A stretch of 64,000 nt of DNA, taken from the NCBI GenBank assembly GCA_963711565.1, contig CAVQEQ010000004.1, forward strand, positions 64,001 through 128,000, read 5' to 3'. Origin of the DNA: an uncultured delta proteobacterium (GTDB lineage: Bacteria; Desulfobacterota; Binatia; Binatales; Binataceae). The stretch's first letter is position 1. Each line of letters opens with the position of its first letter. Below, piece after piece: positions 38,308 through 47,683 of this stretch. The notes below the pieces were generated by a model that worked only from the letters and a program-made list of their open reading frames with translations, did no database searches and was not told the origin of the DNA. A program made the position numbers and the translations under genes.

Positions 38308-40422
38308 ATGTCGAAGTATCAGCAAAGTTATCGCCGGATGTTGGTTGACATGCACATCCCGGATTGGGACCCGGCGTTTCTCTCGCGCTACGACCCGGCT
38401 GCGCTGGCCGGGCAGTTCACGCGCGCGAATCTCACCGGCGCGATGCTCTACTGCAAATCTCACGCAGGCTTGTGCTACTGGCCGACCAGGGCCAGCAAGA
38501 TGCACGCCGGCATCGGCGGACGCGACCTCGTCGGCGAAATGCTCACCGAGCTGCGCTCGCGCGGTATCGCCGCCTGTGCCTACTACAGCATCGTGTTCGA
38601 CAACTGGGCGGTCGAGACGCATCCCGACTGGCGCCAGCGCACTATCAACGGCGCCGACTTCAACAGCGTCATCCGTTACGGCACCTGCTGCATGAACCAT
38701 CCCGAGTACCGCGCTTACGAGATGGCGCAGCTCGACGACCTGCTTTCGCGCTACGAATTCGACGCGTTGTTTCTCGACATGATCTTCTGGCCGCTGATCT
38801 GCGGATGCGATCATTGCCGCGCGCGCTTTCGTGCTGAGGCCGACGCCGATATTCCGGTGACAGTGGACTGGACTTCGCCCGCATGGTGCCGCTTCCAGGC
38901 GGCGCGTGAGCGCTGGGCTTCTGATTTCACCCGCGACCTGATGGCGAAGGCGAAATCGATTCGGCCGGATCTCAACGTCACGCACAATCTCGCGCCGGCG
39001 CTCTCCAACTGGGTGCTGGCGCAGCCGCTCGGCGCGTCGATTCACGACACCTTCGTCGCCGGCGACCTTTACGGCGATCGCGTCGAGCAGCTCGTCGTTT
39101 CGAAGATGCTGCTGCACCTGTCGGAGACTCGGCCCGCCGAATTCATGACCAGCGTATGCGTCGATCTCTCCGATCACGTGCGGCTCAAGAACGAGCAACG
39201 GATGCGGGCGCAGGCGATGGGCGCGACCGCGATGTCGTCGGCGTTCCTGTTCATCGACGCGATCGATCCGATCGGTACCGTGAATCCCGAGAAGTACGCG
39301 CGCGTTGGACGCGTATTCGCCGCGACCGCCGGCTACGAACCGTTTCTCGGCGGCGATCCAATCGAGGACGTCGCGATTTATTTTTCCGCTCACTCGCAAA
39401 TGGACTTCGCCGAGAACGGGACGCCGGTGGCTTCTGTGCTGACTTCCGGCCGCAAGTATCCTCATCTCGACGCTGTACGGGGTGCATGTCGGGCGCTGCA
39501 ACGAGCGCATATTCCGTTCGGTGTGATCACCCGCCGCCAGCTCGATGAGCTGCAGCGGTTTCGAGCAGTCGTGCTGCCCAACGTGCTGCGGATGGATCGC
39601 GAAGAGATCGAAGCTATCCGGGCATACGTGAAGGCGGGCGGCAGGCTGTATGCCAGCCGCTACACTTCGCTGGTCGAGGAGAGTGGCACGCGTCATCGCG
39701 ACTTCATGCTCGCCAACGTCTTCGGCGCGAGTTTCGATTCCGAAGAGCAGGGCGCGTTCGCCTACCTGACGCCGGCCGATGAAATGATCGCGACATGGAT
39801 CGCGCCACAGCGCCACGTGAGCTGCAAAATCGCGAAGGATCCGATCCGGCAGGCGTCGCCGCTGTGCGGATTGCCGCGGCTGCGTAGCGGCTCGGGCCGC
39901 GCGCTGGCTACGCTGACGCTGCCGTACGGATATCCATCGCGCGGTTCGGTGAACGATCACCAATGGGCCAGTATTCATTCCTCGCCGCCATGGGAGCAGC
40001 TCAGCGTTCCGACAATCGTTACCAATGAATTCGGCGCCGGGCGCGCAATCTATTCCGCCGCCTCGATCGAAGCTATTGACGGCGAGGCCGAAACCGCGCT
40101 GTTCGTCGGGCTCGTCGGGTCGCTGCTCGACGGTCGCTTCTCGAGCGGCGCGGTCGCGCATCCGTCGGTCTGGATGACGACTTTCGATCAGCCCGATCGT
40201 CATCGCGTGATGGCGAGCTTCCTCAATTACCAGGAAGAACTGCCGCCCGCGCCGGTGCCGGTTAGATTCTGGTTGCGGCCGCCGGCCGGTAAACGATTTC
40301 GACGACTGATGCTGGCGCCGGAGGGCGTCGTGAGAGAATTCACGCTGGCCGATGACGGAGCGTTGCACGCCGATCTCGGCGCGATCGAATTGATGGCGAT
40401 GGTGATCGCCGAGTACGATTAG
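38308..40422 (+). CDS. glycoside hydrolase (GHL6/GH29-like TIM barrel plus beta-galactosidase trimerisation-like domain)
   Basis: LVDMHIPDW, KSHAGLCYWPT, YEFDALFLDM, CGCDHC, VVLPNV...YVKAGG. Confidence 0.75.
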   Translation: MSKYQQSYRRMLVDMHIPDWDPAFLSRYDPAALAGQFTRANLTGAMLYCKSHAGLCYWPTRASKMHAGIGGRDLVGEMLTELRSRGIAACAYYSIVFDNWAVETHPDWRQRTINGADFNSVIRYGTCCMNHPEYRAYEMAQLDDLLSRYEFDALFLDMIFWPLICGCDHCRARFRAEADADIPVTVDWTSPAWCRFQAARERWASDFTRDLMAKAKSIRPDLNVTHNLAPALSNWVLAQPLGASIHDTFVAGDLYGDRVEQLVVSKMLLHLSETRPAEFMTSVCVDLSDHVRLKNEQRMRAQAMGATAMSSAFLFIDAIDPIGTVNPEKYARVGRVFAATAGYEPFLGGDPIEDVAIYFSAHSQMDFAENGTPVASVLTSGRKYPHLDAVRGACRALQRAHIPFGVITRRQLDELQRFRAVVLPNVLRMDREEIEAIRAYVKAGGRLYASRYTSLVEESGTRHRDFMLANVFGASFDSEEQGAFAYLTPADEMIATWIAPQRHVSCKIAKDPIRQASPLCGLPRLRSGSGRALATLTLPYGYPSRGSVNDHQWASIHSSPPWEQLSVPTIVTNEFGAGRAIYSAASIEAIDGEAETALFVGLVGSLLDGRFSSGAVAHPSVWMTTFDQPDRHRVMASFLNYQEELPPAPVPVRFWLRPPAGKRFRRLMLAPEGVVREFTLADDGALHADLGAIELMAMVIAEYD

Positions 40423-40672
40423 GGGACTGCAAGCAGAGAGCAGTTCCAGCGCTCGCGGCACAAGCCGCTACGCGCGGGGTGCCAGTGTCCTAAATCCAGT
40501 ACTGTCTCAATCTTCGAATCTGAACTCTGCCGTGTTCATTAAAGTATTCCGAAGTTGCTTCTCGTTCGCACTCAGTTGGGTAGTCAGAGGTCCGCAAGCA
40601 CGAGCGCGGCTGCGTGGCGTAGTTTCATCCTACTTTTCCTTGAGGCGATTTGCGGTCCAAATACCGGCTTTA

Positions 40673-41485
40673 CTATCCACAGTTTCCGGCTGGGCTTCGA
40701 ACCTTTGCCTTAAAGCCTTTCTGCGGTTCACAGATCGGTGGCTTCGTATCACTACCTTGAGCGATGGAACCCCCGATCGCCTCGACACTCACGACACTGC
40801 CTTCATTCTCGCAATCCGCGTCGGCTGAGCTCTGGTCGTCATGAAAGTGCCCACTAGCGACTGCGGTAGCACTGCAGTTTCCCGTAATCCCCGCCTTGGC
40901 AATGGCGTGATCGGTCGAAACAGCTTTTGCCGTCCCGGTCTCTGACTGATCGACGAAAGCCCACGATGTACCTGCCTGCTTGGCGATTGAGAACGCGCTG
41001 CCACCACCGCCGGTCTCGACTGCCGCATCAGCAAAGCCGCTTCCCTCCGCGAGCGAGTTGGCTACGCCGCCCGTCCCCTCGATCTCCGATTGGGCGCTGG
41101 ACCCCATACCCACCGCTTTCGATGTCGCGTTGCCACCGTCCGCAATGTTGACCGAGGCTCCCCCTGCTTGTGCGATCGCGTTGCCCTTGCCGGAAACCAC
41201 GTTGGCGACTGCCCAGTCACCCTTGACGGCGTCGGCGCTCGCATCGGCTCCATCTTCCGCATCGGCGGAAGCTCTGCTCTGCTCGGAAGCCGTGGCCGTC
41301 GCATCGTTTGGTCCACTACCGCTCACTTGTGACGTGCAAGTATTTTCGTCGACGTTCGTTTTCGTAACATCGATCGTAGTCGATGTACACTTTTCTTTGT
41401 CCGACTTGGCGCTCGCCGAACCAATCTGCAGCGCGAGCAGCATCGCACCAGCCAAGATAGGTACTGTACTAAATCTTCCTCTCAC
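40673..41485 (-). CDS. exported Ala/Gly/Ser-rich repeat protein with paired cysteines
   Basis: Signal peptide (ASA-K); repeated A-x-A/S-x-A-x-G units; 6 Cys; RBS GAGGGG. Confidence 0.7.
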   Translation of the reverse strand: MRGRFSTVPILAGAMLLALQIGSASAKSDKEKCTSTTIDVTKTNVDENTCTSQVSGSGPNDATATASEQSRASADAEDGADASADAVKGDWAVANVVSGKGNAIAQAGGASVNIADGGNATSKAVGMGSSAQSEIEGTGGVANSLAEGSGFADAAVETGGGGSAFSIAKQAGTSWAFVDQSETGTAKAVSTDHAIAKAGITGNCSATAVASGHFHDDQSSADADCENEGSVVSVEAIGGSIAQGSDTKPPICEPQKGFKAKVRSPAGNCG

Positions 41486-41545
41486 AGATTTGCCCCTCTT
41501 CGAGAACAGCGAGTATCGAATCTTAGTTGACCGTCGCGTTGTTAG

Positions 41546-41561
41546 CGCAGCGCAATTGCCA
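41546..41561 (-). promoter_or_regulatory. possible sigma54 -24/-12 promoter TGGCAATTGCGCTGC
   Basis: GG-N10-GC spacing, about 60 nt upstream of the start at 41485. Confidence 0.3.
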
Positions 41562-42011
41562 GACGTTCAAGCCGTGACATGCCAGCCTGATCTTCCTCAA
41601 GGTTTCTTCAGCCCGCAACGATAACAGTGGTTCTGATCCATTCATACAGCAGGAATGCTCGGATGTTTTCGATTCAATGGTTGTCCAGTCAAAAATGTGC
41701 CCTTTTGTGTCTGAGACGAGCAAACCCCATGCGAAACGAGAGTCTCCCTGTTGTGGGAAGCCCTCCCATTTTCCTATCCGATACGATGCGAGCAGATGCT
41801 GTTAGTGATGTAGAATCGACGAAATAAATTTCGTCCTACTATGCGTCAATCTCGTGCGGGTTTCTTGGCGCGCCCGAGGAATAACGGGTGCGGCGGAATT
41901 AGCGCGCGGGACTGGGGGCATTCTGAATCACGGAAAATTTTGTCGCTCGGGCGACGCGCGGGGACGCGCGTCGGGCTCTCCTATCGTGGGGCGAGGCACG
42001 GAAGGAGGCGG

Positions 42012-42207
42012 GATTCTTCGCTTCGCTCTCTGAATGATATGAATCAAATGGCGGGCACGGCGGCCCGCCCCACTGGAGAAGAAATGCGGAGCAGAATCTT
42101 GAATCGCGCGCGCCCGTGGGCACGGGTAGCCAGTATCAAGAAAAAGATGGAAATCGCGCGCTGAATGCGGACCCTCACCTTCGATCCTCTCCCATTCTGG
42201 GAGAGGG
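42012..42207. repeat. cluster of REP-like short palindromic elements
   Basis: GATTCTTCGCTTCGCTCTCTGAATGA (42012-42037); GGCGGGC-N6-GCCCGCC-CCAC (42050-42073); CCCTCACC..CCTCTCCCA-TTC-TGGGAGAGGG (42172-42207). Confidence 0.6.
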
Positions 42208-42313
42208 GAAGAAGGAGCGGGATTTTTTCGGGCGGTGGGCGTTAGCTGATCCGGGTTGCATGGATTTCTGGCATCGGGCTAACATGCGTTAGGTAAATTC
42301 GGTTGAGCGTGAA

Positions 42314-43441
42314 TTGGCGGCGAGGAGTGATAGCTTGAGCTTTGGCGAACTTAACTTTGATAGCGCGGACCTGCTTGCGAGCCATCCTTATCGGGAAGCG
42401 CTTGTCGTTCGTGGCGTGCGATGTCATGGCGGGTTCGACGAGAGCGGCAGCTACGTTTCGCCGCGTACCCGCAACCGGGTTCCGGCGATTCGCGCGTGGC
42501 AGAATCGCTATGCGCGCGAATTTGGGCAGCCGCTGATCGACCGGCCGATCGACGCGACTCCCGGCAACTATCCCAACGTCGCGCAGGCCAAGTATTTGAT
42601 TCGAAACAGCGTGCGCGCGCCGATGATCGAGACTCTTACGCGCATCGGAACCGTCGAAGGTTTTGGCGCGGGCATCAGGTTCGGCGCGATCGACGATATC
42701 CAGCGGCATTTTATCGAAGACTTGAGCGGGACAGCGACTGCGCATCTGGTCCGCGGACTTTACGAGGCTCACGCGCGCGACGAAGCCGGCTTCGAGGACG
42801 AGGCCGGTCACAAGCAAATGTGGTGGGCCGCGCGCGACATCGCGTTCGAGAATCCGCCGGTCGAGGATGCGACCGATCGAATCCGCGCCGCGATGGGGAT
42901 TCCGCCCGAGGCGAAGACGCCGGAGGAGCGCGTCCAGCGGATGCAGGCGATGGCGCAACTCGATCGTATCTGGCCGCGCGACGTTGATGCGATGCTCGAA
43001 GCGCAGGTGACGCGGATGGCGCGCCTGCTGCTGATCGAGATCGGCGCGTACCACGGTTTCAGGTGGGCCGAAGCGGTTCTGTCCGACGCCAGCCTGGTCC
43101 CGGGCGACGGAGACGCGGCGCGAATTATTTCATACGTTCGCACTGACGAGGCGCCCCACGTCGAATATCTCAAATGCTCGCTTAGCGAGATGCGCGAGCG
43201 CACGGTTCGCGGCGAGTCGGGCCACACCTATGCCGGGCAGGAGCTGATCACTGCGATTTGGGACCGCGCGATTGCAGGCTCCGCGATGCGGAGCGCGATG
43301 GGGCGGCAGTTCGAGCTCACGCAAATCGAGAAGGCGCTGACCGAGAATCCGCGCCGCGAAGAGATCCTCGAAGAGTTTCACGCACGCGGCGACGTGCGAC
43401 CCGGACCCGACGGCGCATGGATCGAGCAGACTCGCGAATAG
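42314..43441 (+). CDS. uncharacterised ferritin-like diiron-carboxylate protein
   Basis: GTVEG, AHARDEAG...H, LLIEIGA, RTDEAPH. Confidence 0.7.
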   Translation: MAARSDSLSFGELNFDSADLLASHPYREALVVRGVRCHGGFDESGSYVSPRTRNRVPAIRAWQNRYAREFGQPLIDRPIDATPGNYPNVAQAKYLIRNSVRAPMIETLTRIGTVEGFGAGIRFGAIDDIQRHFIEDLSGTATAHLVRGLYEAHARDEAGFEDEAGHKQMWWAARDIAFENPPVEDATDRIRAAMGIPPEAKTPEERVQRMQAMAQLDRIWPRDVDAMLEAQVTRMARLLLIEIGAYHGFRWAEAVLSDASLVPGDGDAARIISYVRTDEAPHVEYLKCSLSEMRERTVRGESGHTYAGQELITAIWDRAIAGSAMRSAMGRQFELTQIEKALTENPRREEILEEFHARGDVRPGPDGAWIEQTRE

Positions 43442-43456
43442 CCAGGGAAGGACTCT

Positions 43457-44857
43457 ATGAGATTTGGACTTTTCTATGAGCATCAGCTTCCACGGCCGTG
43501 GGAGGAAAAGAGCGAGCTACAGCTGATCCAGGACGCGCTCGACCAGATCGAGCTGGCGGACAAGCTCGGCTTCACCAACGTGTGGGAAGTGGAGCATCAT
43601 TTTCTGGAAGAGTACGCGCACTCCAGCGCGCCCGAGGTTTTTCTGGCCGCGGCGAGCCAGCGCACCACGAAGATGCGGCTCGGGCACGGGATAGTGCTTA
43701 CCGCGCCCGGCTACAACCATCCCGCGCGCATCGCCGAGCGAATCGCGATGCTCGACCTGGTCTCGAAAGGGCGCGTCGAGTTCGGATCGGGCGAGTCGGG
43801 ATCGCTCGCGGAGCTCGGCGGCTTCAATCTTGAGCCCGCGCTGAAACGCGAGATGTGGCGCGAGGGCCTCGAGACCGCGCTCCGCTGCATGACCGAGGTC
43901 CCGTTCGGCGGCGTCGATGGCAAGTACGTCAAGATGCCGCCGCGCAACGTGGTGCCGAAGCCGGTGCAGAAACCGCATCCGCCGGTGTGGGTCGCATGCT
44001 CGCGCCGCGAGACGATCCTGCTCGCGGCAGAGTGCGGCATCGGCGCGCTGACGTTCTCATTCATCGATCCGGAAGAGGCGGTGCATTGGGTCGGCGACTA
44101 CCGCAAGACGCTCGCCGAGAAATGCGTTCCGATCGGCAGCGCGGTCAATCCCGAGATTTCGTGCGTGACGCCGATGATGTGCCATCAGAGCGAGCGCGAG
44201 GCTATTCTGCGCGGGCTCGAGGGCGGCAACTTCTTCGGCTACTCGCTCGGCCACTACTATGTCTTTGGCGATCATAAGCCGGGCGTGTCGAACGTGTGGG
44301 AGGAATTCACCAATAAGCGCGCCGAGCGCGGGTACTCGCCCGACGTCGCGATTGCGATGCGCCAGCGCCGGCTCAGCGCGCGGCTGGATAACGCCCAGGG
44401 CGATCAGCAGGGCTTGCGCGGCGCGGTCGGCACGCCGGATCAGTTGCGCGAGTACTTTCGGCGCTTCGAGAACGCCGGCGTCGATCAAATGATCTTCGTG
44501 ATGCAGGCCGGGAAGAATCGCCACGAGCACATCATGGAGTCGATCGAGCTGTTCGGCAGGGAAGTGTTGCCCGAGTTCGCGGAGCGCGACGGCGCGATTC
44601 GCGCAAAGAAGGCGAAGGAGCTCGAGCCGATAATCGAGATGGTGATGAAGCGCAAGCGCGACGACGCGCCGAAGATGCCAGCCGACTACCATATCGAGGC
44701 GCTGCCGAAGCGGCTTATCGAGCAGTATGGCGGCAAGGAGATGCTCGACAAGCTCGAGGGCGACTCGGCGATCGGGATCCCGCGGCCGCAGAATCTGCAG
44801 GAACGGCTGCAGCAAGGAATCGTCCCGCCGCGCGGGCCTAACGGCGGCGCGAAGTAG
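43457..44857 (+). CDS. LLM-class flavin-dependent oxidoreductase
   Basis: MRFGLFYE, WEVEHHF, RIAERIAMLDLVSKGRVEFGSG, PKPVQKPHPP. Confidence 0.92.
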   Translation: MRFGLFYEHQLPRPWEEKSELQLIQDALDQIELADKLGFTNVWEVEHHFLEEYAHSSAPEVFLAAASQRTTKMRLGHGIVLTAPGYNHPARIAERIAMLDLVSKGRVEFGSGESGSLAELGGFNLEPALKREMWREGLETALRCMTEVPFGGVDGKYVKMPPRNVVPKPVQKPHPPVWVACSRRETILLAAECGIGALTFSFIDPEEAVHWVGDYRKTLAEKCVPIGSAVNPEISCVTPMMCHQSEREAILRGLEGGNFFGYSLGHYYVFGDHKPGVSNVWEEFTNKRAERGYSPDVAIAMRQRRLSARLDNAQGDQQGLRGAVGTPDQLREYFRRFENAGVDQMIFVMQAGKNRHEHIMESIELFGREVLPEFAERDGAIRAKKAKELEPIIEMVMKRKRDDAPKMPADYHIEALPKRLIEQYGGKEMLDKLEGDSAIGIPRPQNLQERLQQGIVPPRGPNGGAK

Positions 44858-45228
44858 CAGAAGTTCTGAGTCACGACGGCCCTGGGTTCATGCGAGCTCA
44901 GAGCCGTTTTGCGTGCAGCAAGTGTAGGTGAGACCGAGGTGAGTCCACTTACTATGTGCAACACGCAAAGTCAGCCGGGGTAGGGCTGAGTAGTTCATAA
45001 CTGATGAGTTATACAAACTCGGTGGAAGCCGTGCGCATCAGGATGGCCCAGTCGACCCTCTGATGCTCGCATTCGCTCAGGGGAGATCCCGACAGCACAT
45101 TTCGGTGTCTAAATTCCAGTTGGTTCTTGCAAGTTGGTTCCTCAAGGAGCGCGGTTCGACTGAACTGCGGTATGCGCCGATGTGTTCAGGTTCGGATGAG
45201 AGTACAAAATCAGTCAGGAGACTCAATA

Positions 45229-45564
45229 ATGAAATACAAAGTTAATTCCGTCTTGGCGATTTCTGTTGGGATTGCGATGACGTGCATGATCGCCTGTGCG
45301 CCTACCACTCATGTCACTGAGACCACGACCACCAGGCAATACGATACTACGACTCCGCCGATTTTGCCTGCGCCGATCGCGGATGCAAATACGACGACGA
45401 CCACTCAGTACAACAACGGGACCGTGCAGCGCACCTATACGCAGCCGGCTCCTTACGTGTCTCCATACTCGTCCGCCGATACGAGCACGACCACGGTAAC
45501 GACCGATCCAAACGACGGAACAGTGCAGAAGCAGACGACAACCACGTATGCGTCGCCGTACTAG
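45229..45564 (+). CDS. Thr-rich putative lipoprotein
   Basis: RBS AGGAG; signal ending MIA-C; two repeats of TTTTT...(N/D)GTVQ. Confidence 0.65.
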   Translation: MKYKVNSVLAISVGIAMTCMIACAPTTHVTETTTTRQYDTTTPPILPAPIADANTTTTTQYNNGTVQRTYTQPAPYVSPYSSADTSTTTVTTDPNDGTVQKQTTTTYASPY

Positions 45565-45653
45565 CATCGGTATAAGAGGATCAATGCAACGGCTTTAGAA
45601 TGATCATTCTTCCACCAGCCGAGCGGCGTTCGCCGTAAGGTGATGGGTGAAAC

Positions 45654-45703
45654 GGCGGGCATCCTGGAGACTCCCCCCTCCTTCGGTGCCCGCCAACTTT
45701 TTT
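45654..45703 (+). terminator. intrinsic-terminator-like hairpin with a C-rich loop
   Basis: GGCGGGCA...TGCCCGCC stem followed by AACTTTTTT. Confidence 0.6.
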
Positions 45704-45723
45704 AGCGCGCCTGCGGAGTGAAC

Positions 45724-47535
45724 TCACGACCGGAGAGCTACCGCGGGAAAGTATATTCCTTCAGGCTGCCGCACCCACCACGCGCCGGTGGCTTTTTTTT
45801 CTTCGGCAGTTGAATAGCGATAGTCGTAAAGCACGGCCCGCACGTAGAGCGGCGGCTTCTTTGGAAAAGGATTGCTTCCGAGCAGCGCAGTCACGTCCGG
45901 CGAATTTTCCAGCAATCGGCGCAAGAACGTCGCGAACCAGGGATTATCCGCGGCCGTCCCGAGAGCGGCAAACCACATCTGCCAGTCGAGGCGCGGCTGG
46001 TGCGGAAAGTTCCATAGCGGTCGCCGCATAGCGTCGCCCGGTTTGTATTTGAAGCCGTACTCGCGCCAGTGGACGCCATCATCCGAGCCCTCGACGACAA
46101 TTACCGGCAGCGTGGTAGTCATCACGGCAAACAGACCATAGCTATTGACGATACGCAGCGGCGCAATTTCTTCGTTGAGCCAGGCTGCGGGAATCGAGGC
46201 TCGACGGATAAACACCTCCTGTAGCTGTCCAAGACCGGTGACCACGATCACAAGAGCTAGCGCTCCTACCGCATAAGAAACGATTTTCGCCGGCTCAACA
46301 GGGCGGACCTGGTGTTGCGCAAGTCGGATCAGGCTTGGCGGAAGAACCTTGCGCAGGGCGGCGTCGTCGAACAATACGAGGCATAGGGCCATCGTCAGCA
46401 GATTGAAGAACGCGTAGTTGCCGGTCATAAGGATCACCACTTGCAGAAACAAAATTCCGTAAGCCGCGACGAACCTCAACCGCCGCGGAAAGAAAATCAA
46501 AAATGGCAGGGCCAGTTCAATGAATAGGGTCGCTACGGTTGACGCCGTCAGTATGGCCTGCGGCAGGTGATGGGCGTACCAGGCAAGCGGGGTAGGAAGG
46601 GGCTCGGTCTGGAAATAGTAAGAGAGCGCGGAAAGGTTCGCCCAGGTGGCATCGCCACTCAGCAGCTTGACGGCACCTGAAAGAAACATGAAGCGAAACA
46701 GCAACCAACGCAGCAGCCATATACCCGGCCTCGTCGTTATGCTCAGAAGGAACGCAAGGAAGCCGGCCTCGAGCAAAAGGAGGTCCCACTGAAAGCCCAT
46801 GAACTCCTGACCGGCGTAAAAGACCGAGAGATAAAGGACGTACAGAAAAAACAGACTTAGGCGGGGCAGAAGGTCAAAAATCAGGAGCAGCGACAGCGCC
46901 GCTCCGAGCCAACACGTCGCCTGAATCGCGAAATCACTCTGGCTCAGCCAGAACACCATCGGAAACTGCGAGTAACCTTGGGAGCCGAGCTGGCTGCGAA
47001 TGGCGCCGATGAATTCGGACAGCGGCAGGATGCCGTGGCTGCCGATCAATCCCAGCGCCTGCACGCCGAATGAAAGAAAGGCAATGAGATAGATCAGTCC
47101 TATGGCTCGCAGAAACAGCCATGAAACCAGATCGAAACGCGGGGGCTCATAATCGCGGCCCCATAGCCAGATAGTCGGACGATAAAGCGCGGAACGATGC
47201 GAAGCGACAAACGCGTAAGTATGCTCGGCGATTGCGGCAAAGCCGGGAAGACGCCGATAAAGTGTCAGCCAGAAGCCTTTGCCGTTCGCGTGACTCAGGA
47301 CAAGGAGAGCGGCTTCGGCGCCGCTCGCGATTTTCCCATCGGGCGCTATGTATTGAACGGCTCGCTGGAATGCGGTCAAAGGAATTTCCGGATATTGTGC
47401 GGCGACTTCCTGGTACGGCGCGTAAGTCACACGATCGCCGGTGAGTCTTTGCCAATAGCGCAACCAGTAGATGCAGAACCCGCAATTGCCGTCGTAGATC
47501 AGAAGCGGTTGGACCGCGCTCGTTGTTCGCATCAC
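45724..47535 (-). CDS. DCC1-like thiol-disulfide oxidoreductase fused to a lipase maturation factor domain
   Basis: LIYDGNCGFC; FQWDLLLLEAGF, PLPTPLAWY, NSYGLFAVMT, PHQPRLDWQMWFA. Confidence 0.9.
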   Translation of the reverse strand: MMRTTSAVQPLLIYDGNCGFCIYWLRYWQRLTGDRVTYAPYQEVAAQYPEIPLTAFQRAVQYIAPDGKIASGAEAALLVLSHANGKGFWLTLYRRLPGFAAIAEHTYAFVASHRSALYRPTIWLWGRDYEPPRFDLVSWLFLRAIGLIYLIAFLSFGVQALGLIGSHGILPLSEFIGAIRSQLGSQGYSQFPMVFWLSQSDFAIQATCWLGAALSLLLIFDLLPRLSLFFLYVLYLSVFYAGQEFMGFQWDLLLLEAGFLAFLLSITTRPGIWLLRWLLFRFMFLSGAVKLLSGDATWANLSALSYYFQTEPLPTPLAWYAHHLPQAILTASTVATLFIELALPFLIFFPRRLRFVAAYGILFLQVVILMTGNYAFFNLLTMALCLVLFDDAALRKVLPPSLIRLAQHQVRPVEPAKIVSYAVGALALVIVVTGLGQLQEVFIRRASIPAAWLNEEIAPLRIVNSYGLFAVMTTTLPVIVVEGSDDGVHWREYGFKYKPGDAMRRPLWNFPHQPRLDWQMWFAALGTAADNPWFATFLRRLLENSPDVTALLGSNPFPKKPPLYVRAVLYDYRYSTAEEKKATGAWWVRQPEGIYFPAVALRS

Positions 47536-47683
47536 GCAAGATTATGCCCGAAGAGCAAAAGAAGAAAAGATTGACTGCGCCGCGCCTGCGAGTTCGCAGC
47601 GAACGGCCGGCTTCTCGACGGAGCTAGAATGTCTGAGCAGCGTGCGGCTGGCAGAGTTTTCAGGATTGACTACGCTCGACTCT

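Noticed and set aside
38113-40461. 782-aa antisense ORF spanning the glycoside hydrolase
   Set aside because: Codon-mirrored shadow of a GC3-rich gene; Arg/His-rich composition with no motifs
40483-45120. Similar short motifs GTGTCCTAAATCCAGT (about 40485) and GTGTCTAAATTCCAGT (about 45105), possibly IS-end scars
   Set aside because: Short and imperfect, with no transposase or target duplication
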